Shown piece by piece: positions 1 through 10,253 of a stretch of 64,000 bases of DNA (positions are counted from its first letter, which is position 1; each line of letters opens with the position of its first letter). The notes below the pieces were generated by a model. That model did no database searches, was not told the DNA's origin, and saw only the letters and a program-made list of their open reading frames with translations. The DNA is from Ekhidna sp. (GTDB lineage Bacteria > Bacteroidota > Bacteroidia > Cytophagales > Cyclobacteriaceae). The stretch is taken from positions 2,576,972 through 2,640,971 of the forward strand of contig NZ_OZ244926.1 of assembly GCF_965221965.1 (NCBI RefSeq), in the 5' to 3' direction. The position numbers and the translations under genes were made by a program.

Positions 1-1
1 T

Positions 2-895
2 TTCCCACACAAGCTTTCAAAATTCAAAAATGACCCCTCTCTCTTGAAATATACTCCTTTTACAAACACCATGATCAAAGAAGTGTCACTCAAAGCAGTT
101 GTGGCTGAGGAGCTTGGCATGGATTCAATCCCAGATTTCCTAACCATGAGTTTTTCAGCTACAGATGATATAGGCCATAGATTTGGCCCAAGATCTATGG
201 AAGTGCAGGATACATATCTGAGATTAGATCGAGAAATTAGTGAAGTTTTATCCTTTCTGGATGAAAAGGTTGGAAAGGATTCATACATGGTATTTCTAAC
301 AGCCGATCATGGTGCGACCGATGTGCCATCTTACATGTATAAAAACAAAATGCCAGGAGGATATCATAACAATGGATATATCAAATCGATGCTTGATGAG
401 CGACTCACAAAGATATTTGGTGAAGGAGAATGGATCACCTATCTAATCAATGAACAGGTGTACCTCAATAAGGAGTTAATTGCTGAAAAGCAGCTTGATC
501 TAACCGAGGTTAAAAAAGAAGTTATTCGTGCTCTAATGTCAGAAGATTTTGTTGTTGATGCTTTTGACGCTGATGTGGTGGCTATGCGAATGTTTACAGA
601 TCCTATGTTGGTGCTTTTGCAAAACGGTTATGATAATAAGCGATCCGGTGACGTACTTTATATATTAAAGCCAAGTACCCTGAATGACGCGTGGGGAAGA
701 CAAGGAACCGATCACAGAACCCCATATACTTATGACACACACATCCCGATTATCTTTTACGGGTCAGGGATCAAAAAAGGAAGTAGCGTAAGACAAGTAG
801 CCATAACTGATATTGCACCAACGCTCTCCATGCTATTAAATATTTCACTTCCTAGCTCCGCAACCGGTGAACCTTTAAAGGAATTGTTCGAATAA
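2..895 (+). CDS. Alkaline-phosphatase-superfamily phosphodiesterase/nucleotide pyrophosphatase, C-terminal part (5' end lies outside the window)
   Basis: Frame 2 is open from base 2 with no stop, so the listed TTG at 44 is probably not the true start. Motifs LTADHGATDVP and GTDHRTPYTYDTHIPIIFYG resemble metal-ligand blocks of type I phosphodiesterase/AlkP-like enzymes. Confidence 0.7.
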   Translation, partial: FPHKLSKFKNDPSLLKYTPFTNTMIKEVSLKAVVAEELGMDSIPDFLTMSFSATDDIGHRFGPRSMEVQDTYLRLDREISEVLSFLDEKVGKDSYMVFLTADHGATDVPSYMYKNKMPGGYHNNGYIKSMLDERLTKIFGEGEWITYLINEQVYLNKELIAEKQLDLTEVKKEVIRALMSEDFVVDAFDADVVAMRMFTDPMLVLLQNGYDNKRSGDVLYILKPSTLNDAWGRQGTDHRTPYTYDTHIPIIFYGSGIKKGSSVRQVAITDIAPTLSMLLNISLPSSATGEPLKELFE

Positions 896-929
896 AACCA
901 TTTGAACAAAGAAAGAGTATAATTGACTT

Positions 930-1580
930 ATGAGAAATCTCTGGATTGCTTTTTCTATCATTTCAACCTGTGCCTTTGCACAGCCGGTCAAAATCGCTAA
1001 GCTGAAGTATGATGGCGGTGGTGACTGGTATGCCAACAAAACAGCACTTCCTAATCTCATCGAGTTTTGCAATGATCAGATCAATACCAACCTCGCGTTA
1101 TCAGAAGATGTAGTAGAGGTAGGAAGCCCTGATTTGTTTCTATACCCATATGTCTACATGACCGGTCATGGAAATGTGGTTTTCAATGATGCCCAGGTTG
1201 AAAACCTGAGGAGCTACCTCACCTCAGGGGGATTCCTGCACATCGATGACAACTATGGGCTGGATCAGTTTGTGCAGATTGAAATGCAAAAGGTTTTTCC
1301 GGAACTTGAATTTATTGAAATACCTTTCGAGCACCCGATTTATCATCAAAAATTTGATTTTGATAATGGCTTACCAAAAATCCATCAACATGATGGAGAA
1401 CCGCCAAAAGGATATGGGCTTATATATGAAGGTCGCCTGGTTTGTTTTTACTCCTATGAATCAGATCTGGGAAATGGCTGGGAAGATCAATCAGTATACA
1501 ATGATCCGCAGGAAGTCAGGCTGGAGGCCCTGAAGATGGGGGCGAATATTATCTCCTACGCTTTCACCTCAGCTTTATAG
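930..1580 (+). CDS. DUF4159-like protein
   Basis: Has an N-terminal signal-like segment. KLKYDGGGDWYANKTALPNLIEF matches my memory of the DUF4159 signature (RYxGGGDWY...LPNL). Confidence 0.55.
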   Translation: MRNLWIAFSIISTCAFAQPVKIAKLKYDGGGDWYANKTALPNLIEFCNDQINTNLALSEDVVEVGSPDLFLYPYVYMTGHGNVVFNDAQVENLRSYLTSGGFLHIDDNYGLDQFVQIEMQKVFPELEFIEIPFEHPIYHQKFDFDNGLPKIHQHDGEPPKGYGLIYEGRLVCFYSYESDLGNGWEDQSVYNDPQEVRLEALKMGANIISYAFTSAL

Positions 1581-1587
1581 TAAGAAA

Positions 1588-1615
1588 GCCCCAGTCATCC
1601 GAAGAATTCTGGGGC
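1588..1615. terminator. Hairpin between convergent genes (GCCCCAG / CTGGGGC, 14-nt loop)
   Basis: A 7-bp GC-rich stem lies between the stops at 1580 (+) and 1648 (-). A T-rich tail (TTTCTT) is present only when read on the minus strand. Confidence 0.45.
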
Positions 1616-1647
1616 CATTACCTACCTGAAAACGATCAACCTTAGAC

Positions 1648-2490
1648 TTAATTAAATCTACTTCGTGGACGCAGAGTAATTTCGAAGGGTTCTCCTCCAT
1701 TAATGGTGACAGTTGCCAGATAATCGCATTCTCCATTTCCATAATCAAGTATTGCTACATTCTCTCCCGAGGTAAACTGCTTCACCCCTGACACAGGTAC
1801 AAATACACCTCTGGCCCAGCAAGCTCTTTTGTATACCAATCGCTCAATGATTTCCATCGAATAGGTGATTCCATCTCTTCGAGACCCACTTGCATTGCCT
1901 TCCACCTCGGCTTCATCGTCAAGTGGATTGTTGGCTCTCAACCATGTACGGGTTATTGCTGCTTGTCGCGTTACAGTGGTCTCATCTTCAAAAGTCAGTT
2001 TACCTCCTGTAAGCGTAATACTGAAGGTTGGATCATCATCCAAGCTTTCAGAGATATTCTCTACTCTTCTCGTTCCCTCTACAAGAACACCATCTACACT
2101 AAATCCATCGAAAGTAGCTTCTCGAAAGGCACCCGGCACAAGTCGGTGGTCATTGTATGAAATGATGATTTTACCTGCTCTGATACGCCCACCAGGACCT
2201 TCGCATCCCTCACCAAAGTCAATAGTGATCATCTTGTTTTCATCGTCTTTTGTGATGTCAGCACATTCCAAAAGATCATCCTCTTCAATTCTACCACTGA
2301 TCTCCAGTGTCTCCATACCCGCCTCAACAATCATATCCACGTCTTCATAGCTAGATTCGAGTGCTTCCTCCGAATCAATATCCATTTCTTCAATGATATC
2401 CTGAGAGCCTACCTCATCATTACTACAGGATGAAAGAAGAGTAACCCCTGCAATGGCGGTAATAAATAATAGCTTTTTCATAATTCTCAT
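1648..2490 (-). CDS. Hypothetical lipoprotein
   Basis: Has a signal peptide plus lipobox-like LLSSC, followed by an acidic linker. I recognise no catalytic motif. Confidence 0.6.
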   Translation of the reverse strand: MRIMKKLLFITAIAGVTLLSSCSNDEVGSQDIIEEMDIDSEEALESSYEDVDMIVEAGMETLEISGRIEEDDLLECADITKDDENKMITIDFGEGCEGPGGRIRAGKIIISYNDHRLVPGAFREATFDGFSVDGVLVEGTRRVENISESLDDDPTFSITLTGGKLTFEDETTVTRQAAITRTWLRANNPLDDEAEVEGNASGSRRDGITYSMEIIERLVYKRACWARGVFVPVSGVKQFTSGENVAILDYGNGECDYLATVTINGGEPFEITLRPRSRFN

Positions 2491-2686
2491 ATTTCGTTTT
2501 GTTTGAATCGATTTTGTGCTTTGACAATCTGAAACATCATTGGTTTAATCACCTATTAAAAATCCCTCTAATACGGTCTCAAAACGTGTACAATTGGTAG
2601 ACAACAGGATTAAATGATCGCGTAAATAGGCTGTTAGGATTGTAAATCATTAATATTGTAGATGGCATAAAACCCACCAAAAATCT

Positions 2687-3637
2687 ATGCGATTCCTAAT
2701 CACAATAATTTTACTTTTTGTGGGATTTCAATTCACCTATGCGCAAGGCTGTAGTGATGCTGGCTTTTGTACAATGGGAGCGATGAAGCCCGATCAGAAC
2801 TACAGCAAGCGTATTGCTATCAAATTGAGATCTGTAGAACTGAATTATTACAAAGGGACAAGTCTGTTAACCCCGGTAATTCACGCAATGACGGTGGATT
2901 TTACATTAGGAATCAATGATTACAGCTCATTCCAAATTAAACTCCCTTATCAATGGATCAAAGGAAATCTGGGAGATAATGCAGGACTAGGAGATATTTC
3001 ACTGAGTTATACAAGGTTGTTGAAAGCCACTGATGACTGGAACATCAATGGAACACTTGGTGCCAAAATACCAACTAATGATGCTAATGCAACGGTAAAT
3101 AATGAAAATACCGGTGGCATGGATTCCCCCATTCATATGTATTATCAAACAAGCCTTGGCTCCTATGATGCAATAGCTGGTATCTCGGCGATCAGCAACA
3201 ATTGGTTATTTGCTACAGGAATACAGATAGCCCTGACAGAAAACAATAATCAGTTTGCATGGAGCGGCTTCCCAAACTATCCTGATCAGGAGTATTTAGA
3301 AAAATACAATCGAGGGCCGGAACTGAAGAGAGGCATTGATGTAATGTTGAGGGTAGAACGTAACTGGCGCTTTACAAACTTCAATTTTTCACTAGGTGCA
3401 CTACCAATTTGGCGAATAACAAAAGATGAATCCATTATCCCCGGAACAAATGAACGAGCAAAGCTTGACGGAACAACAGGTATGGCTCTTTCCGTTCTTG
3501 CCAGTTTTGGGTATCATTTTGATGTAAATAACAGTATTAAGATCATCCAGGGAATCAAAATAACCGATCGTGATTTTAATCCGGATGGATTAACCCGAAA
3601 TGATGTATTGAGTATCAGCTACGTATACAAATTCTAG
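2687..3637 (+). CDS. Putative outer-membrane beta-barrel protein
   Basis: Signal peptide ends in YAQG. The sequence has alternating amphipathic strands and a C-terminal aromatic residue (YVYKF), typical of OM barrels. It ends 5 nt before the CHAT gene. Confidence 0.55.
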   Translation: MRFLITIILLFVGFQFTYAQGCSDAGFCTMGAMKPDQNYSKRIAIKLRSVELNYYKGTSLLTPVIHAMTVDFTLGINDYSSFQIKLPYQWIKGNLGDNAGLGDISLSYTRLLKATDDWNINGTLGAKIPTNDANATVNNENTGGMDSPIHMYYQTSLGSYDAIAGISAISNNWLFATGIQIALTENNNQFAWSGFPNYPDQEYLEKYNRGPELKRGIDVMLRVERNWRFTNFNFSLGALPIWRITKDESIIPGTNERAKLDGTTGMALSVLASFGYHFDVNNSIKIIQGIKITDRDFNPDGLTRNDVLSISYVYKF

Positions 3638-3642
3638 ATAGA

Positions 3643-6321
3643 ATGAAGCGAGTGATAATCCTACTATTGTTCTCTCATATTGCTTTTGGACAAGAGGCCG
3701 AGATGAAACAAGCCCAATCGCTTTACCTGGAAGGTGAATACGAAAATGCATACACACAATTTAAGGAAGCCGGTGACCTTTATTTCTCGAATGAAAAGTA
3801 TGCTGAGTATGTGGATTCACATCTCCAAATGATCGATTGTCAGATTCATGCGGGGAATCCATTTCATGCAAAAAGCCTTTCTGAAAACACACTTACTTTT
3901 CTTAGCCTTGAATTACCCGAAGAAAAGACACTAAAAGCAAGGTCACTCACTTTTCTTGGTTTGAGTTATTTAAATCTTGGTAGAAATGATGAGGCGCTGG
4001 AAAGCTTACTTGAAGCAGAGCAACTCTTTTCTAAAGAAGATACCGAAGCAAAAGCCAACTGCCTGGATGCATTAGGATTAGTATACACCAACAATGAAAA
4101 CAAGCAACTGGCTTCACAGTATCATGAACAGGCTTTCGTGATAAGACGAAAGCTATTTGGTCCACAGTCAATTGAAGTTGCCAATTCCTATAACAATCTA
4201 GGTCGTGTGTTTCTCAAAAGCGATCCGCTGCAAGCATTGATCTATTTCAACCGAGCCAAAGGTATCTATGAGGAAAAGCTTGGAAACAGCAGTAGACGTT
4301 CGCTAAGAGCAAACCTGAACATAGCTTTTGCTAACATGGAGCAAAAGAATTATGACGAGGCTCTGGAACGACTGAATGAAGTAAAACTCATCTACGATGC
4401 AAGCTATGAGGACGATCATCCAAATAAAGCATACATCCAATCAATCATTGGACGAGTACATCTTGAAAAGGACGAGTTTGAAAAAGCACTATTAAATCAA
4501 AAGGAAGCGCTTCAGATGTATATCAGCCTTTTTGGCGAAAAGCATCCGGAAGTAGCCAATACGTATTACCTCATCGGCGAGATATACAAGGCAAAGTCTG
4601 AATTTAAAACATCGGTTGAGTTTTATCAACGCGCCATCTATGCCAACCTGCCGGAGCAGGTTTATGAGAATGTTTATGAATTGCCAGAGCTGAGAAACTA
4701 TTTCAATGCCGACATCCTTCTGACAACCCTTCAGGCAAAAGCCATTGCTTTGGGGGCTCTCCATTTTGAGAAATCACTCAATGTAAGAGACATTGTAGGT
4801 GCCATTGATACTTATAAAAAGTGTGATGACCTCATCACCATTGTGAGAAGAAAACGTCTGAATGAACAGGACAAATTAAGATTGGGACAAATAGCTAAGG
4901 AGGTTTATGAAAATGGCATTCAGCTTTCACTTATCCTGAGCGAGCAGAGTTTTAACAGAAAAAAGCACCTTCAAACTGCCTTTGATTTTTGCGAGCGAAG
5001 TAAATCATCCGTACTGCTTGAGGCAATCACAGAATCAAAAGCAAAGAAATTTGCCGGTATCCCGGAAGAGCAAATCCTTCTGGAAGACAGCCTGAAAGAT
5101 GAAATATCCTTCCTGGAGCAGCAGCTTGCTCATCAGGAAAATGCAGATGATCAGGAAATGAAAGACCTGCTGTTCAGTTACCAAAATGCTTACCGTTCTT
5201 TCATATCCAATCTGGAAAGCCAATACCCAGAATACTACAAATTAAAATATGACCAATCCATCGCTACGGTCGCCTCCGTACAAAAGCACCTGAGTGAAAA
5301 CACTGCACTTCTCTCCTATTTTTTAGGGGATGATAATGTCTACATTTTTATAATCACACAAAACAAGATAGAGGCGGTACGCAAAGAGAAGGGAGAGGAT
5401 TTTAATAAGCTCACTTCGGGGTTAAGAAACGGAATCAAATACAACAGCAAAAGCACTTTTTTAAAATCAGCCAAAGGCTTGTATGAACTGCTCATCCCTA
5501 AATTAAAATCAGATATTTCTGAATTAGTCATCCTACCGGATGGGGTGCTGGGCACACTACCATATGAGGCTTTCATCCATCCGGATAGTGAGTCAGATAG
5601 CTTCACCAATGCTGACTTCCTTATAAGAAGTTATCATGTTTCGTACGATTACTCTGCCACACTTTTCAATGAAAGAAAAGCGGATGATAAACAAATAAAC
5701 CCTGAGATTTTGCTCATCGCTCCCGTAAACTTTGATCAAAATGATGTCCAAATGTCGGCCTTACCCGGATCAGAAAAGGAGATTGATGAGATCAGGTATT
5801 TATTCATGGGAGCCAATTGCGAAACCAAAGTGCAAACCAACAGAGATGCAAGCGAGACCAATTTTAAACGCGAGAACCTGGGTAAATATCGCTACCTACA
5901 TTTCGCCACACACGGCCTGGTAAACGAGTCTGAGCCAGCCCTTTCACGAATATTCTTGCGCCCGGATGAAACTGAAGATGGAAGCCTTTACACCGGCGAA
6001 ATATATAATCTAAATATTGATGCTGACCTAGTTACACTGTCTGCATGCGAGACCGGCATGGGTAAGGTAGCCAAAGGCGAGGGTATTGTTGGGTTGAGTC
6101 GAGCATTGCAGTATGCGGGAGCTAATAACATTATCGTTTCACTCTGGCAGGTAGCAGATGCCTCCACAGCACAAATGATGATTGAGTTTTATCGGTACAA
6201 CCTGAACAACGAACATCATGGATATAACACTGCCTTACGTCAGGCAAAACTCTCACTCCTGAATTCTGAAGAATACTCCAGGCCCTATTTCTGGGCTCCC
6301 TTTATTCTGGTAGGGATGTAA
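3643..6321 (+). CDS. TPR-repeat CHAT-domain (caspase-fold) protein with N-terminal signal peptide
   Basis: N-terminus MKRVIILLLFSHIAFGQE is signal-like. Multiple TPR-like A/Y/L repeats follow. The C-terminal CHAT dyad context is YLHFATHG (His, 5899-5916) and LVTLSACETG (Cys codon 6046-6048). Confidence 0.85.
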   Translation: MKRVIILLLFSHIAFGQEAEMKQAQSLYLEGEYENAYTQFKEAGDLYFSNEKYAEYVDSHLQMIDCQIHAGNPFHAKSLSENTLTFLSLELPEEKTLKARSLTFLGLSYLNLGRNDEALESLLEAEQLFSKEDTEAKANCLDALGLVYTNNENKQLASQYHEQAFVIRRKLFGPQSIEVANSYNNLGRVFLKSDPLQALIYFNRAKGIYEEKLGNSSRRSLRANLNIAFANMEQKNYDEALERLNEVKLIYDASYEDDHPNKAYIQSIIGRVHLEKDEFEKALLNQKEALQMYISLFGEKHPEVANTYYLIGEIYKAKSEFKTSVEFYQRAIYANLPEQVYENVYELPELRNYFNADILLTTLQAKAIALGALHFEKSLNVRDIVGAIDTYKKCDDLITIVRRKRLNEQDKLRLGQIAKEVYENGIQLSLILSEQSFNRKKHLQTAFDFCERSKSSVLLEAITESKAKKFAGIPEEQILLEDSLKDEISFLEQQLAHQENADDQEMKDLLFSYQNAYRSFISNLESQYPEYYKLKYDQSIATVASVQKHLSENTALLSYFLGDDNVYIFIITQNKIEAVRKEKGEDFNKLTSGLRNGIKYNSKSTFLKSAKGLYELLIPKLKSDISELVILPDGVLGTLPYEAFIHPDSESDSFTNADFLIRSYHVSYDYSATLFNERKADDKQINPEILLIAPVNFDQNDVQMSALPGSEKEIDEIRYLFMGANCETKVQTNRDASETNFKRENLGKYRYLHFATHGLVNESEPALSRIFLRPDETEDGSLYTGEIYNLNIDADLVTLSACETGMGKVAKGEGIVGLSRALQYAGANNIIVSLWQVADASTAQMMIEFYRYNLNNEHHGYNTALRQAKLSLLNSEEYSRPYFWAPFILVGM

Positions 6322-6352
6322 GTGTCTGAACTGGTGTAGTTGTTATCCTCAC

Positions 6353-6922
6353 ATGAAAACAATCACCTATCTCCTATTTTCTCTCTTCACTATTCATGCG
6401 CTTGCTCAATATGATTACGAGCCATCTTCAAAAAACCCATTCGGAAGTCCAAATCCCAATGGGCCAGAAGAATTGAATGACTGGAAGCTATTAATTGGAC
6501 AATGTACCTGCAAATCTGTGTCACGAATTGACCAAAACACCTGGGCAGATACTGTGATGATGACCTGGACTTTCAAGTACATCATGAATGGAATGGCCGT
6601 TCAGGATGAAACCCTAAAAAAAGATGGGGCTCATTCTGGCAGTATTCGTCAATTCAACTCAGACAGCAGCAAATGGTACGTTCACTACTACTCATCCTCG
6701 AGTGCAGTAACAAAGCTGCCCAGCTGGGAAGGAAGCAAAAAAGAGAATGGTCATATTATACTCTACCGTGAACAGCCTGCACCAAACGGAAATCCCGGTT
6801 ATTACCGTTTAACATTCTCAAACATCTCAGAGGAAGGTTACGATTGGGTGGGAGAATGGGTAAATGAAGCTGAAACATTTGCATACCCGACCTGGAAGAT
6901 ATTTTGTAAGAAGAATGAGTAA
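6353..6922 (+). CDS. Hypothetical secreted protein
   Basis: Signal peptide ends in HALAQ. Starts 31 nt downstream of the CHAT gene on the same strand. No motif recognised. Confidence 0.55.
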   Translation: MKTITYLLFSLFTIHALAQYDYEPSSKNPFGSPNPNGPEELNDWKLLIGQCTCKSVSRIDQNTWADTVMMTWTFKYIMNGMAVQDETLKKDGAHSGSIRQFNSDSSKWYVHYYSSSSAVTKLPSWEGSKKENGHIILYREQPAPNGNPGYYRLTFSNISEEGYDWVGEWVNEAETFAYPTWKIFCKKNE

Positions 6923-7019
6923 GAAAACATAATTCTTAACAAGTTCGCAGCTAAACTTCAGGATTCTATCAGAATTATTTCACACCTTACTGGTCCTAAT
7001 ATCCTGTAATCGATTGAGT

Positions 7020-7202
7020 ATGAAGAGAGTAAAAATCGGTGACATGGTGGAAAGTGACTATGGTAAGGGACGTGTGTTGGCAGAAACGAGCCAGTGGATC
7101 ATCCATGACAATTCAGCCAATAACAGTGATGCAGAATTTGCCATATTGAAGTCTGATGATTATTACCAGGTGGTAAAAGAATTTGAACTTCAAACTTCCT
7201 GA
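7020..7202 (+). CDS. Small hypothetical protein (about 60 aa)
   Basis: Supported only as an ORF, with an ATG 6 nt inside the listed TTG start. No motif recognised. Confidence 0.3.
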   Translation: MKRVKIGDMVESDYGKGRVLAETSQWIIHDNSANNSDAEFAILKSDDYYQVVKEFELQTS

Positions 7203-7219
7203 ATGTCCAAGACATGAAG

Positions 7220-8422
7220 CTATTCAGCTAATAACGATTCAATAATTTCATTAAATCGTTGATCAAATGCCTGATAATATTCACCTGTTGCCGGGCCATT
7301 GAAATAGCTATGCACATACCTTACGTATCCGGATTTATCCAGAATAACCAAAGTAGGGAATGCCTCAATGCGTTCCATGAATGGAAAAGGCATTGCAGCT
7401 CCTGTTTTGCTCAGTCGTCCTCCAAGCACCATGTCGTAAGGGATATTATTCATTTCCCTGTATTCTTTCAGGCGTTCAAGCCCATATTCCTGTGAATAAT
7501 TAGCCTCAAATGATGCAGCTAGTATTGCCACCTTCCTGTCCTGATTCTGTTGATACCATTTCACTAAATACTTCGTCTGATCCAGGCTATTCGGACACCA
7601 CGTTCCAAACAATTGAATAATCAGCACTTTTCCTTCATATCTCGAAGGATCAATAGCCCCTTTTCCTTCCCCGGCAGCCAACAAATCGTAATAAGGAGTT
7701 TCCACTCCCGGATCAACCTGAACCATCTCAAATGGATCTTCCAATTCCACTTCCTCGCTATAAACTGCAGTCCACGGCTCACTATACCCATCGTCATAAA
7801 TCATCTCTCCTACCCATCCCTCCGGTGTTCTTTTTCCTATAAATGCAAACGCATGGGCTCCATCAAAACAAGAGAGCTTGAGGGAGTCGCCATCCAAAAT
7901 GCCTTCAAAAAATCGATAATCACTCACCTGCGTCATGATCGTTCCGGTGATGATATGTCCTCTCTGTGTAAAGAGTCCAACTCCCTTAGACATGCCCGGT
8001 GATTCCGGTGAAAATGTGATATCCCACTTTTTTTCAACCGGCGCAGAAGACCTTACACTGGTTTTCGCCAGACGCGGCTTTCCAAATTCAGCTGTAAATG
8101 GAAGCGTCAGGTCACGGTAATATTTTTTGTAGACCCCACTCAACCCCATAGCGGTATATCGAGCACGGATCTCTACGTCGAAAGGATCAAGAGGAATGAT
8201 GATGCTATCGCCTTCGATCCTCGCGTTTGTCACAGTATTGCGTTCACTTCCATTGATAAAAGTGATTTCAGGAATTTCCCCACTCGGGTACCCAATTTCG
8301 AATGTCAACGGCACCTTCACATTAGTATAGTGAATATCTCCCCTCCATTGGCCGGGTTTAATAAGCTGTGAGATTGCATGGATTGAACAGGATAAGAGTA
8401 TTAAGGCGAGTATTGGCTTCAT
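7220..8422 (-). CDS. TlpA/redoxin-like thioredoxin-fold protein with an N-terminal domain of unknown function
   Basis: Has a signal peptide. The C-terminal roughly 150 aa have a thioredoxin-like layout with LFGTWCPNS (codons 7587-7601), which is C-x-x-S rather than C-x-x-C. Confidence 0.7.
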   Translation of the reverse strand: MKPILALILLSCSIHAISQLIKPGQWRGDIHYTNVKVPLTFEIGYPSGEIPEITFINGSERNTVTNARIEGDSIIIPLDPFDVEIRARYTAMGLSGVYKKYYRDLTLPFTAEFGKPRLAKTSVRSSAPVEKKWDITFSPESPGMSKGVGLFTQRGHIITGTIMTQVSDYRFFEGILDGDSLKLSCFDGAHAFAFIGKRTPEGWVGEMIYDDGYSEPWTAVYSEEVELEDPFEMVQVDPGVETPYYDLLAAGEGKGAIDPSRYEGKVLIIQLFGTWCPNSLDQTKYLVKWYQQNQDRKVAILAASFEANYSQEYGLERLKEYREMNNIPYDMVLGGRLSKTGAAMPFPFMERIEAFPTLVILDKSGYVRYVHSYFNGPATGEYYQAFDQRFNEIIESLLAE

Positions 8423-8495
8423 AAATCGGAAGATATAAACTTCTAAGCTTGGAATGAAATAAGTATATTTAACAATTAACCAACCTAAATTAATT

Positions 8496-8930
8496 ATGAC
8501 AAACGAATCTGTAAAACCACCTGTATGGTTTTGGGTAGTAGCGGCGATTGCCCTCCTTTGGAACCTGGCGGGCGTGGGTGCCTACCTGGGGCAGGCTTTT
8601 ATGACTGATGAAATGCGTGAAGCCATTCCGGCTGACCAACTACAAATGATTGATGGCAGACCTGCATGGGCCACTGCAGCTTTTGCAATAGCAACATGGG
8701 GTGGACTTTTGGGTAGTATCTTACTTCTTGCAAGAAGAGGTCTTGCCTACATGATCTTCATTATTTCACTGGCTGGGGTAATCATACAAATGATCTATGA
8801 AGTGTTCATGATCGAAAATCCGGTAAGCTACGGTCCGGGAGAAGTAGTGATGTCTTTGCTCATCCCGATTTTTGGAATCGTATTGATTCTTATTGCCAAA
8901 AAGGGGAAATCTGCTGGCTGGCTGAAATAG
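8496..8930 (+). CDS. Hypothetical 4-TM membrane protein
   Basis: Four hydrophobic segments are visible in the translation, and a clear terminator follows. Confidence 0.5.
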   Translation: MTNESVKPPVWFWVVAAIALLWNLAGVGAYLGQAFMTDEMREAIPADQLQMIDGRPAWATAAFAIATWGGLLGSILLLARRGLAYMIFIISLAGVIIQMIYEVFMIENPVSYGPGEVVMSLLIPIFGIVLILIAKKGKSAGWLK

Positions 8931-8954
8931 TATTCAATAAAAATCTAATTCGTA

Positions 8955-8990
8955 AAAAGCGTTACCTTATCCGGTGACGCTTTTTGTTTT
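8955..8990 (+). terminator. Rho-independent terminator
   Basis: AAAGCGTTACC-ttatcc-GGTGACGCTTT hairpin (one G-T wobble) followed by TTTTTGTTTT. Confidence 0.75.
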
Positions 8991-9026
8991 ATCAAAATTG
9001 CTTTGATTGATGCATCTTTGCCGCAC

Positions 9027-10157
9027 ATGACATTTAATGATTTTAACCTAGACGATCAGCTTACAGAAGCGATCGATCACATGGGCTTCTCGGAGGCCAC
9101 ACCCATTCAAGAGGAGGCCATCCCGGCTATTTTAGAAGGAAGAGACCTGATTGCCTGCGCACAAACCGGAACAGGTAAAACAGCAGCCTTTGTTATCCCC
9201 ACACTTAACTATTTGGCACAAAACCCAAGTGACGATGTAAAAGTATTGGTAGTGGTACCAACCCGAGAATTAGCAATTCAAATAGATCAGCAAATAGAAG
9301 GGTTCTCCTATTACCTGTCTGTTCATTCCATCGCCATATATGGTGGTGGAGATGGTTCAGATTTCGCGCAGCAAAAAAAGGCACTGACGCAAGGCAGCAA
9401 TATTGTAGTGGCAACTCCCGGCAAACTTATCTCACACTTAAACCTGGGATATGTAAAGTTTGATCAAGTGACACATTTGATTCTGGACGAAGCAGACAGG
9501 ATGCTGGACATGAATTTTTATGATGACATCAAGAAGATCATTACTTACCTGCCAAACCTGAAGCAAACATCCATGTTTAGTGCTACCATGGCACCTAAAA
9601 TAGAGAAGCTGGCGAGAGAGATTTTAAAAGATCCAAAAAAGATCGAACTGGCACTGGCCAAACCTGCGGAAAACATCAGCCAGGAAGTATACCGGGTAGA
9701 AGAAGGCTACAAAACCGAACTCATCAGCAAACTCATCGGACGATATGATGCTTTTGAAAGCATTTTGATCTTTAGCTCTACCAAAAAGAAAGTCTCCGAG
9801 ATTGTGCAGAGCCTGAAAAAAGCCGGGCTGGAAGCTAAAGGCATCTCTTCCATGCTGGAGCAGGACGAACGAGAGCGCATTCTACTGAAATTCCGAGCGA
9901 AAAAGCTACGTATTCTGGTTGCGACAGATGTACTATCCCGTGGCATTGATATTAAGGACATCAATCTGGTGGTCAACTATGACGTGCCCAATGATGCTGC
10001 GGACTATGTCCACCGCATCGGTCGTACAGCGCGGGCTAAAACCAGTGGAGTAGCAATTACGCTCGTAAGTAAGGCCGACGATTACAAAATGAAGCGCATT
10101 GAAAAACTCATCGAGCGTAAGCTGGAGAAAGTGGATTACCCGATGCGGAGGCGTTAA
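9027..10157 (+). CDS. DEAD-box ATP-dependent RNA helicase
   Basis: Carries the Q motif (GFSEATPIQ), AQTGTGKTAAF, PTRELA, DEAD, SAT and HRIGRTAR. The ATG at 9027 is preferred over the TTG at 9003. Confidence 0.9.
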   Translation: MTFNDFNLDDQLTEAIDHMGFSEATPIQEEAIPAILEGRDLIACAQTGTGKTAAFVIPTLNYLAQNPSDDVKVLVVVPTRELAIQIDQQIEGFSYYLSVHSIAIYGGGDGSDFAQQKKALTQGSNIVVATPGKLISHLNLGYVKFDQVTHLILDEADRMLDMNFYDDIKKIITYLPNLKQTSMFSATMAPKIEKLAREILKDPKKIELALAKPAENISQEVYRVEEGYKTELISKLIGRYDAFESILIFSSTKKKVSEIVQSLKKAGLEAKGISSMLEQDERERILLKFRAKKLRILVATDVLSRGIDIKDINLVVNYDVPNDAADYVHRIGRTARAKTSGVAITLVSKADDYKMKRIEKLIERKLEKVDYPMRRR

Positions 10158-10253
10158 GACTTATCAAGCAGCTAGTTTGTGGATTAAGAAGTGCTTTCGC
10201 GTTATTTGTAAGTGAATGACGTTTTGCGTAAAAAAAATATTGGCATTAATTAA

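Noticed and set aside
1865-2350. 161-aa Ser-rich ORF on the plus strand
   Set aside because: It lies entirely antisense to the 280-aa lipoprotein gene. The low-complexity Ser/Leu/Pro composition is typical of a shadow frame of an acidic Asp/Glu-rich protein.
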